DNA of 64,000 nucleotides from Candidatus Saccharimonas sp. (GCA_039809225.1 JBDHUN010000001.1:22003-86002); one strand, 5' to 3'; positions 49,632 through 57,275 are shown, numbered from the stretch's first letter. Program-made: numbers and translations. The notes: generated by a model not told the origin, from the sequence alone.

Positions 49632-50816
49632 ATGGATGCACGATCTCACCGTGAAAAACTGACCCAGGCATTATCGGGCGGATTGATAGTCGTCTCGGCC
49701 CATGATCAGATGCAGCTAGCCGGTGATATGGCGGCACCTTTTTTGCAGGAGTCGAACTTTTTTTGGTTGACGGGCATCACGCTGCCTGGCTGGAAAGTTA
49801 TCATCGACGGTACGAGGCGACATGTGACTTTGGTACGGCCGACTCGCAGTAGGGTGGAAGAAATTTTTGATGGCGTAATCGATGACATCTCGCTGCTCAA
49901 TACGGCGGCGGCTGATGAGATTATTGACGCGAACGAATTTGAAAACTATTTACGCAAACTTGCCAAGCATCACCCCCTAGTGTATACGCCATACCACCCT
50001 GAATCGTACTCGTTTATTGTCAATCCCGCCCCAGGGAATTTATTTGCCGTCCTGGAACGCATTTTTACCAATACTGTAGATTGCACTAAGCAACTAGCTG
50101 AGCTGCGTGCCATCAAGAGTGATGAAGAAATCGCCATGATGCGAAAAGCAATCAAACTGACAACTGACGCGTTTAAGAGCGTACGTCAAAATTTGGATTC
50201 ATACCGCTACGAGTATGAAATCGAGGCCGACATGACGCAGCATTTTCGCCGGAATAACGCCACCCATGCCTATGAACCGATCATTGCGGCCGGGGCACAT
50301 GCTGTTACACTTCACTACACGGCGAATAATGCTAGCATAGCTCGGCAGCGTATGGTGCTGATCGATGTCGGGGCACGAGTTGGTGGCTATAGCGCCGATA
50401 TCACCAGGACATATTGTACCCACCCGACGAAACGCCAGCGCGAGATTCATGCTGCGGTTAAAGAAGCTCATCAACGTATCATTGCTCTGTTGAAGCCCGA
50501 CCTTCCCGTGGCGGAATATATTGCCGAGGTCGATGAGATCATGAAAGATGCACTCTCTGGCGTCAAATTGCTCAAAGACCGTAATGATATTGAAACCTAT
50601 CGAAAATACTTTCCTCATGCCATTAGCCACGGTCTTGGGATTGATCCGCATGATAACTTGGGGTCGCCGCGCTATTTCAAACCGGGCATGGTGGTTACGG
50701 TTGAGCCCGGCATATATATTCCCGAGGAAGGAATTGGTGTTAGGATCGAAGATGATATTTTGATTACAAAGACAGGGCACGAAAACCTGAGCCGCACGCT
50801 GCCGACTTCCTTATGA
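49632..50816 (+). CDS. pepP: Xaa-Pro aminopeptidase (M24B)
   Basis: Pita-bread metal ligand motifs DVGARVGGYSADITRT, HGLGIDPHD and VEPGIYIPEEGIGVRIEDD. The ORF is open from 49590, overlapping uvrC. Confidence 0.85.
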   Translation: MDARSHREKLTQALSGGLIVVSAHDQMQLAGDMAAPFLQESNFFWLTGITLPGWKVIIDGTRRHVTLVRPTRSRVEEIFDGVIDDISLLNTAAADEIIDANEFENYLRKLAKHHPLVYTPYHPESYSFIVNPAPGNLFAVLERIFTNTVDCTKQLAELRAIKSDEEIAMMRKAIKLTTDAFKSVRQNLDSYRYEYEIEADMTQHFRRNNATHAYEPIIAAGAHAVTLHYTANNASIARQRMVLIDVGARVGGYSADITRTYCTHPTKRQREIHAAVKEAHQRIIALLKPDLPVAEYIAEVDEIMKDALSGVKLLKDRNDIETYRKYFPHAISHGLGIDPHDNLGSPRYFKPGMVVTVEPGIYIPEEGIGVRIEDDILITKTGHENLSRTLPTSL

Positions 50817-50868
50817 GACGAATCCAACCTAGCTTTTTTATACCCAAACCGCTATACTTTATATCAGT

Positions 50869-51264
50869 ATGAAACGACAATTTCTGGTGTTTCTCATCCG
50901 CTGGATGCTCAACTCGTTTGGCCTATGGATCGCCGTCCGTATATTTGGAACTGGCTATAGTGATGCCGAGATCAATGCGAGTATATGGGTATTTCTCGTA
51001 GCGGGGCTGATCTTTTCTATCATCAATGGAGTGTTGCGGCCGATTGTTATCATTTTGGCACTGCCGGCTATCCTCCTCACTTTGGGGCTCTTTACTATTA
51101 TTGTCAATGGCCTAATGGTGTATGTGTCGCTAAAGCTTGCGCCGGGATTGCAAATGACATTTTGGCACTCCGTTCTTACCGGTTTGGTGCTGAGTCTGGT
51201 AAACTATATAGTGAGTAGTGCGCTAGAACTGGAGTATATGAAAGTGCGCGAGGAGAAATCATAG
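50869..51264 (+). CDS. Phage holin family 4 / DUF360 membrane protein
   Basis: LNSFGLWIAVRIF...RPIVIILALPAILLTLGLFTIIVNGLMVY... closely follows the 4-TM holin superfamily IV pattern. Confidence 0.8.
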   Translation: MKRQFLVFLIRWMLNSFGLWIAVRIFGTGYSDAEINASIWVFLVAGLIFSIINGVLRPIVIILALPAILLTLGLFTIIVNGLMVYVSLKLAPGLQMTFWHSVLTGLVLSLVNYIVSSALELEYMKVREEKS

Positions 51265-51266
51265 AG

Positions 51267-51494
51267 ATGAACACTATACTAATGGCAATTACAATTGGTT
51301 CGGCGGTCTTGATGGTGCTGGCAATCTTACTGCAGCAGCGTGGCGCAAGTCTTGGCGCAGGGTTTGGTGGTAGTAGCGAGCTTTATACCACTCGGCGCGG
51401 TCTCGACAAAAACTTATTTGAGGTCACTATTTTTCTGGCATTTGCATTTGTGCTGTCGATTCTAGCAGGGATTATCCTGCCAAACCTAACCTAG
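51267..51494 (+). CDS. secG: Preprotein translocase subunit SecG
   Basis: 75 aa, two TM helices, LLQQRGASLGAGFGG motif. Confidence 0.8.
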   Translation: MNTILMAITIGSAVLMVLAILLQQRGASLGAGFGGSSELYTTRRGLDKNLFEVTIFLAFAFVLSILAGIILPNLT

Positions 51495-51503
51495 GTACTA
51501 TGC

Positions 51504-53300
51504 GTGAACGACGATAAACAAGGGTGGAAACAATTTAAACGCATCAAGCTTGACCGCAAGCAATTAGTATCGCGTGCCAAGAAGGTTGAGAACGCGTCGC
51601 AGCGTCATGCCCATCACTTTATCGTTCGCCGACTCGATAATATCCGTATGGTATCGCATGAGGTAACGATATGGCTTCTGATAGTCGGAGCGATTATCGG
51701 AGGTCTTGGAGTCCAGCTTGTATGGAATCAGCATGAGTACACAACACAAGCCTCTGCTGCTGGAGGTACATATGTTGAAGGTGTTGTCGGGACAATCGAT
51801 ACACTCAATCCACTCTACGTCTCGACAAACTCTGAAGCCTCGGCGAGCCGTCTGTTGTTTTCATCGCTTTATAATTACGATGCGGTTGGGTCACTTCACC
51901 AAGATCTGGCTCAAGGTATGACGATCGACGATAGTCACAAAGTGTACACGGTAACGGTTCGTTCAAATGCGAGATGGCATGATGGTAAACCGGTAACGGC
52001 CAAGGATATCGTATTTACCCTGAATCTCATCAAAAATCCAGCAGTCCGTTCGCCACTGCGCGTCAACTGGACTGATGTTGCTGTGTCGGCACCCACCAAC
52101 ACAACCCTCCAATTTACATTGCCAGCTCCGTATGCGGCATTTCCCCATGCCTTGACGTTTCCGGTTCTCCCTGAGCACATATTAGGCAAGGTAAGTCCAG
52201 GTGCGCTGCGTGAAAGTACCTTTAGTCAGTCACCGCTTGGCAGCGGACCGTTTTCTTTCCGTCTTCTTCAACAAGCTGACGCAGTGAGTCATCACAAAGT
52301 TGTCCACCTTATCGCGAATCCATCGTATTATGGCGGCGCGCCAAAAATCAATCGCTTCGAGTTGCACGCTTACTCGACGAACGAGGCGATGCGTAAAGCG
52401 TTGAAAGTTGGTGAGTTAAGCGCCGGGAGCGATGTTGCGACTACTGCCCTCAACGATTTTACTGGTTCGGATTTTTCACGAATTGCGGTGCCAATTGATA
52501 GTGGGGTATATGCTCTGTTTAACCTCAATAGCCCGATCCTCAAAGAAGCTGGTGTTCGCAAAGCACTTCAGGTAGGGACGAATACTGATGCGTTGCGTCA
52601 AGCAATCGGTGGCGATCAGTTACCGCTTGGACTGCCAGTACTGAGCAATCAAATTTGGGGCAATGATGTACCGATTTCACCACCGTATGATGCCACAAAG
52701 GCCCAGGGTATACTAGACGAAGCCGGCTGGAACGTAAAAGATGGTGTGCGCGAAAAAGATGGCAAAAAACTAGAGCTAACGATTACGACCATCAAAGATA
52801 ATCAATACGAAAAAGCAGTGTCTGTGTTGGAACAGCAGTGGCAGCAACTTGGGGTTACTACCCACCATAGAGTAGTCGATACGTCTAGCGTGGCGTCGAC
52901 ATTCGTGCAAGACACTCTCCAAGCACGTAATTTCGATGTACTACTCTACGAGCTTGCTATCGGCGCTGATCCAGATATCTATGCTTATTGGCACTCATCG
53001 CAAATCGGCCAGACAGGTTATAATTTTTCAAACTACACCAATAAAACTGCTGATGCAAACCTTGCCAGCGCCAGAGCTCGTCTCGAACCAGAACTGCGTA
53101 ACGCTAAATACAAGCAGTTTGCCAGGCAGTGGTTGGCTGATGTGCCGGCAATAGGGCTGTACCAACCGGTACTCGAGTATGTCACCAACAACACCGTCAC
53201 GTCGCTCGCCGGCAATACACGTCTTGTGACGGCCGCTGATCGCTATGCGAATGTTCAGTACTGGACGGTCCATGATAGCGCAGTTTATAAAACACCGTGA
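51504..53300 (+). CDS. ABC transporter substrate-binding protein, family 5 (peptide/nickel type), membrane-anchored
   Basis: GTG start, N-terminal TM helix and SBP_bac_5-like body (..WHDGKPVTAKDIVFT.., ..ANPSYYGGAPKI..). Confidence 0.8.
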   Translation: MNDDKQGWKQFKRIKLDRKQLVSRAKKVENASQRHAHHFIVRRLDNIRMVSHEVTIWLLIVGAIIGGLGVQLVWNQHEYTTQASAAGGTYVEGVVGTIDTLNPLYVSTNSEASASRLLFSSLYNYDAVGSLHQDLAQGMTIDDSHKVYTVTVRSNARWHDGKPVTAKDIVFTLNLIKNPAVRSPLRVNWTDVAVSAPTNTTLQFTLPAPYAAFPHALTFPVLPEHILGKVSPGALRESTFSQSPLGSGPFSFRLLQQADAVSHHKVVHLIANPSYYGGAPKINRFELHAYSTNEAMRKALKVGELSAGSDVATTALNDFTGSDFSRIAVPIDSGVYALFNLNSPILKEAGVRKALQVGTNTDALRQAIGGDQLPLGLPVLSNQIWGNDVPISPPYDATKAQGILDEAGWNVKDGVREKDGKKLELTITTIKDNQYEKAVSVLEQQWQQLGVTTHHRVVDTSSVASTFVQDTLQARNFDVLLYELAIGADPDIYAYWHSSQIGQTGYNFSNYTNKTADANLASARARLEPELRNAKYKQFARQWLADVPAIGLYQPVLEYVTNNTVTSLAGNTRLVTAADRYANVQYWTVHDSAVYKTP

Positions 53301-53310
53301 GGCATGAAAC

Positions 53311-53880
53311 ATGAAGGTTACTACATACCTCGTATTGCTCCGTGGCATTAATGTTGGTGGCAAGAATAACGTACCGATGACGGTGTTAAAAGATTGTCTC
53401 GAAAAGATTGGATTCTCAAACGTAACGACATATATTGCTAGCGGTAACGTTATGCTAGATTCTGATGCATCGCCAGATGAGGTGAAGGATGCAATTGAAA
53501 AAGCACTGCCTGAAACGTTTCAGCTCGATAGCGAATTGATAAAAGTATTAGTGTTATCACGTAGACAACTCAAGAAAATTGTCGACAATAAGCCAAAAGG
53601 ATTCGGTGATCAGCCTGCGCTTTATCATAGCGACGCAATTTTTCTGATGGATGTTGTTGCTGCCGACGTTATGCCTATTTTTCGCCCGCGCGAAGGTGTC
53701 GATACGGTATGGCAAGGTGATGGAGTGGTATACTCGCAGCGTCTGAGCGCCAAGCGCAGCAAAAGTCGTCTTAGTATTATCGCCAGCACGCCATTTTATA
53801 AATCCATGACCATTCGCAGCTGGAATACGGTAGTGAAATTATTGGAGATAATGACCGATCTTGGTAGCAAAGGTAAATGA
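53311..53880 (+). CDS. DUF1697 domain protein
   Basis: YLVLLRGINVGGKNNVPMTVLKDCLEKIGFSNVTTYIASGNV is the canonical DUF1697 N-terminus. Confidence 0.8.
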   Translation: MKVTTYLVLLRGINVGGKNNVPMTVLKDCLEKIGFSNVTTYIASGNVMLDSDASPDEVKDAIEKALPETFQLDSELIKVLVLSRRQLKKIVDNKPKGFGDQPALYHSDAIFLMDVVAADVMPIFRPREGVDTVWQGDGVVYSQRLSAKRSKSRLSIIASTPFYKSMTIRSWNTVVKLLEIMTDLGSKGK

Positions 53881-53904
53881 ATGACTGATTTGAACGACCA
53901 AACT

Positions 53905-53929
53905 AAAAAGACACAAACTGTGTCTTTTT
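53905..53929 (+). terminator. Rho-independent terminator after the DUF1697 gene
   Basis: AAAAAGACACA-AAC-TGTGTCTTTTT hairpin. Confidence 0.7.
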
Positions 53930-53931
53930 AG

Positions 53932-54042
53932 TTTGGTGGACTTTAACGCGCAAGTCCGAACCTATTTTGAAGAAAGATGCTGATAAAAAACTTAGGTGCG
54001 TTGCGCCCCTGAGTTTTACTAAGAAAAAGGAATAATCGGTTT
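53932..54042. repeat. IR-A left arm (111 bp, perfect inverted repeat of 54817-54927)
   Basis: Reverse complement checked base by base against 54817-54927: 111/111 identical. Confidence 0.95.
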
Positions 54043-54154
54043 ACTAATATCAAAATTATGGAATTTTGACGATCTATTATTTACTTAAACCAGTATCGTA
54101 CAGCCACCGACAGAGATGGTAACGATGCCAAGGAAGTTATTTTTCTAAAATATA

Positions 54155-54183
54155 TTGACAAGTCAACAAACTTATGCTAATAT
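54155..54183 (+). promoter_or_regulatory. Near-consensus sigma-70 promoter with overlapping palindromes
   Basis: TTGACA (54155-54160), 17 nt, TAATAT (54178-54183). Palindrome TTGACAAGTCAA covers the -35. The perfect 16-bp palindrome TACACAAGTTTGTGTA (54191-54206) sits at about +1. Confidence 0.55.
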
Positions 54184-54321
54184 TAGATTATACACAAGTT
54201 TGTGTATGGACATTAAATAAATATCTCGGTCGGTTAAGTAAAGTTTGACTAGATTTTGTAAACTCTACTTATCCGGCTGAGATACAGGATCAAGGCCAAC
54301 GCTCTAGCAAAGGAGACTTCC

Positions 54322-54720
54322 ATGAGCGTACAGCACTACCGCCCCACCCAGACCGGTCGTCAGAGCGACAAGAAGCTGGTGGATGACATCGCGCGAGCGA
54401 TCATCCGCAATCACAATGTCGTGGCCGACCAGGTGGGCAACAACAACGGCTGGCAGGGCGATGTCGAGCAGCTTTGCCTGAAGAAGGCACTGTTGCTCAA
54501 CGGCCAGACCCTCGGTCGTGTCGTCATGGCCTTCCCGGAGGCCGACCTGTACGGAGTGCACTGCGGCACCTGGCTCGGCAAGTACGAGTCGGGGCCGTAT
54601 CTCCTCCAGCAGGTTGCGGCGACAGCTATCCTGTGGCGCATCCGGGTCATCCTCGGTGTCTGTGAGGACATCGCCGATGGCGACGACCGCCACATGGACC
54701 GCCTCCCGTGGGCGTCCTGA
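54322..54720 (+). CDS. Hypothetical 132-aa protein, compositionally foreign (high GC, strong GC3 bias)
   Basis: SD aaaggag 6 nt upstream of the ATG. Third codon positions are almost all G/C in this frame only. Several overlapping ORFs on both strands here are a high-GC artefact. No recognisable domain. Confidence 0.6.
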   Translation: MSVQHYRPTQTGRQSDKKLVDDIARAIIRNHNVVADQVGNNNGWQGDVEQLCLKKALLLNGQTLGRVVMAFPEADLYGVHCGTWLGKYESGPYLLQQVAATAILWRIRVILGVCEDIADGDDRHMDRLPWAS

Positions 54721-54816
54721 CCTTGTCCGTCCCCCAGTGTCCGCGCGAGAGCGTGGGCACTGGGGCCTACCCCAAAGGCATAAATGATTTAATGTTTTTG
54801 GGGTAGGTCTAACTTA

Positions 54817-54927
54817 AAACCGATTATTCCTTTTTCTTAGTAAAACTCAGGGGCGCAACGCACCTAAGTTTTTTATCAGCATCTTTCTTCAAAATAGGTT
54901 CGGACTTGCGCGTTAAAGTCCACCAAA
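54817..54927. repeat. IR-A right arm (111 bp)
   Basis: Perfect reverse complement of 53932-54042. Ends with hairpin GGACTT-N8-AAGTCC followed by ACCA. Confidence 0.95.
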
Positions 54928-54995
54928 AAGCGATTTTTCGGGAAATTGTCGCCCTTTCGGGCGATTTTTTCTTTGGCCGCGCAGAGCGCGAACCA
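54921..54995. repeat. IR-B left arm (75 bp, 74/75 identical to the reverse complement of 56726-56800)
   Basis: CACCAAAAAGCGAT(T/A)TTTCGGGAAATTGTCGCCCTTTCGGGCGATTTTTTCTTTGGCCGCGCAGAGCGCGAACCA. Includes a + oriented terminator hairpin (54948-54970). Similarity drops to about 65% beyond 54995. Confidence 0.9.
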
Positions 54996-55206
54996 AGGGT
55001 TTTTCAGGGAGGGAATGGAAAATTGCCACGCCGTTCGACGTGGTTTTTGTTCTTTGGTCGGCGAAAGCCGACAACTGCATTTTGTGATATTATTGAAGTG
55101 GACACAATCTAACTCGGGATAACTTTTTGTTTGGCTTTAATAGCCGTCTCGTGCAATTTGGTTATTCCGGATTGTGTCCAGCGAGGCGGCTATTTAAGTT
55201 GAGGGG

Positions 55207-56654
55207 GTGTGTATGCAACAGCCAGATCAAAAATTCACTTACTTTCTCTATGTCCGTAAATCTACCGACGTAGAGGACAAACAGGTTTTGTCCATTGAAG
55301 CGCAGATCGTGGAACTCAAAGAATTCGCACGGCGTTTGGAACTGCAAGTCGCCGGCATTTTTATAGAAAAGCAGACGGCGAAAAAGCCTGGTCGCCCTGT
55401 GTTTAATGAAATGCTACGCCGTATATCTGCCAGTAATGCTAACGGCATACTAGCATGGCTACCGGACAGGCTTTCTCGCAATTCAATAGATAGCGGGCAG
55501 ATAATCTATATGCTGGACGAAAATGTGCTAGGCGACTTGAAATTCCCGCATTTTTGGTTTGAAAACACGCCACAAGGCAAATACATGCTTGCCCACGAGT
55601 TTAACTCCTCAAAACAGTATGTAGACAATCTGTCAGTCAATACCAAGCGTGGTTTACGACAAAAAGTCCGCGCGGGTCATATTATCCAAGTATTGTGCCA
55701 TTTGGCTATTGCAACGATGTGCGGACAAAGACGGTGGCTAAAAACAAGAAAACCGCGCCGCTGGTGCGCCAATGTTTTGAGCTCTACGCCAAAGGCGACA
55801 AAACGTGTGGCGACATCGCGGACTTTTTGTTTACTAACAACGTGGCGACCAAAGGTCGCCGAAAAACCAAAAATGACCCGAAATCTGCGGGCGGTAAACG
55901 CTGGCACGAAACACGGGTCAAAAATATGCTTTCCAATATCTTTTACTACGGGCATTTTCTGTACGCTGGCGAAGTGCATGAGGGCAAACATCCACCAATA
56001 GTGGACAAAGCATTATTTGACCGCGTTCAAGTGGTTTTGGCTAGTCGCGGACGCGCCCAGAAACAAGCCACCACCCCACAACCACTCACAATGCTGGTGC
56101 GTTGCGCCAACTGTAATTGCTATGTTACTGGCTCGCACAAAGTTAAAAGCCAGAGAAATGGCAATGTGCACGAGTACACCTATTACCGATGTACGCACAA
56201 AAGTAAGACGGTGGCTTGTTCCGAACCAGAACTGCGCGAATATGCTCTTGCCAGCCAACTTGTGCCAATCGCGCGGTCATTTGCTATGCCGCAATATATG
56301 GGCGCGTTTATGCTCGCCAAACTAGACGAGGACGCACAAGTTGTCCAAGCCGACAACACCAAACTAATTGCCACGCACCGCGCCCGACTGGACGAACTGG
56401 CTGGCAAGAGTAAGCGGCTTTTTGATATTTACCTAGACGGCGACATTGACCAAAGCGATTACCAAGACCGCCGCGCCGAATTGATGAGCCGCAAAAAGTC
56501 GCTAGAGGAAAAAATAGAGCATGTCGCTGCTCGCGCTGACTTTTGGATTGAACCTATGCGCGAGTGGGTCAAAACAGCAATTTCACTCTGTGAAATTGAC
56601 GAAAAACCCCACACCAAGCCTTGCGCGAGAGTTTACGCAAAATTGACGGATTGA
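55207..56654 (+). pseudogene. Large serine recombinase, split by a -1 frameshift near 55678
   Basis: ORF1 carries the resolvase catalytic domain (YVRKSTDVEDKQVLSIEAQ, LAWLPDRLSRN). ORF2 (from 55695, frame -1) carries PFGY, the recombinase domain (W..RVKNMLSNIFYYG), a Zn-ribbon (CANCNC..YYRCTHK) and a coiled coil. Confidence 0.8.
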
Positions 56655-56725
56655 ACCTGCTGCTGAAAAACAAAAAAGTCGTTGCAAGCAACGACCAATT
56701 TCCCATCTCCCCCCAAGAAAACATC

Positions 56726-56800
56726 TGGTTCGCGCTCTGCGCGGCCAAAGAAAAAATCGCCCGAAAGGGCGACAATTTCCCGAAATATCGCTTTTTGGTG
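56726..56800. repeat. IR-B right arm (native 3' flank of tRNA-Leu(GAG))
   Basis: Reverse complement of 54921-54995 with one mismatch. Overlaps the tRNA CCA end (56796-56800). Confidence 0.9.
56751..56773 (-). terminator. Rho-independent terminator of tRNA-Leu(GAG), with a second one at 56672-56695
   Basis: Minus strand: TCGCCC-TTTC-GGGCGA then TTTTTT. Further downstream GTCGTTGC-TT-GCAACGAC then TTTTTT. Confidence 0.65.
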
Positions 56801-56883
56801 CACTGAAGAGGACTTGAACCTCCACGGCCGCAATGGCCACCAGCCCCTCAAGCTGACGCGTCTACCAATTCCGCCACCAGTGC
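56796..56883 (-). tRNA. tRNA-Leu (anticodon GAG)
   Basis: Hand-folded cloverleaf. Acceptor GCACTGG/TCAGTGC, D-arm GCG-GAATTGGTAGA-CGC, anticodon stem TCAGC/GCTGG with loop TTGAGGG. Long variable arm, T-arm GGAGG-TTCAAGT-CCTCT, encoded ACCA end. Confidence 0.9.
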
Positions 56884-56946
56884 GTGGTGTAAGGTGTGCA
56901 ATGAGCTATTGAAGTTTATTGTCATTCTCGGACGTTTATTACTCAC

Positions 56947-57006
56947 GGGCGGAATTGGTAGACGCTTTACGTCTACAATTATTTGCGTTTCACGCAGCCG
57001 CCACCA
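56947..57006 (+). other. tRNA-Leu-derived fragment / tRNA-like three-way structure ending in ACCA
   Basis: 18 nt GGCGGAATTGGTAGACGC (56947-56964) are identical to the Leu tRNA D-arm region. They form an 18-bp inverted repeat with 56858-56875. Foldable as stem GGCGG/CCGCC + 2 hairpins + ACCA. Not a full cloverleaf. Confidence 0.3.
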
Positions 57007-57083
57007 CAAAGTAGTGATCTTGTAATACAAATAAAAATTATACATGGTGAAAGGCAACTTTGTAAAGATGCAGCGCTAGTGAT

Positions 57084-57275
57084 CTAAAGGAATAGTTGGA
57101 TATGTGCAAGGATCATGATAAATGCAAGCAAACAAAAATAGAGATGCTGCATAATCCAGAATTTTTTAAATCTACGAATAATTGCAGTGATGAGTAGCAT
57201 AATAAACAGTCCCCAAATGAGCACTAGGCTGATGAGGCCAAATCTTGCTTCGTAGGCAATAACGGTTGCGTACAT
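57084..57275 (-). CDS. Hypothetical small membrane protein
   Basis: 63 aa, two hydrophobic helices. Confidence 0.4.
   Translation of the reverse strand: MYATVIAYEARFGLISLVLIWGLFIMLLITAIIRRFKKFWIMQHLYFCLLAFIMILAHIQLFL

Larger units (their letters stand above)
53932..56800. mobile_element. Small integrative island at the 3' end of tRNA-Leu(GAG): IR-flanked cargo cassette + large serine recombinase
   Basis: Edges carry a 10/11 direct repeat, TTTGGTGgACT (53932-53942) and TTTGGTGcACT (56794-56804). The latter is the complement of the tRNA acceptor/CCA end. The block contains a recombinase, nested long IRs and a compositionally foreign ORF. Confidence 0.65.

Noticed and set aside
50199-50780. 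193-aa minus-strand ORF
   Set aside because: It is antisense to the M24B aminopeptidase gene, which has all the metal-ligand motifs.
54304-54787. Five additional overlapping ORFs on both strands inside the high-GC segment
   Set aside because: High GC removes stop codons in all frames. Only 54322..54720 (+) has an SD and the expected GC3 bias.
54817-54927. The IR-A right arm as a genuine tRNA gene (it occupies the position of a tRNA in front of the duplicated tRNA flank and ends in ACCA)
   Set aside because: No cloverleaf can be drawn. Only a single 6-bp hairpin precedes the ACCA, so at most it is an acceptor-end mimic.
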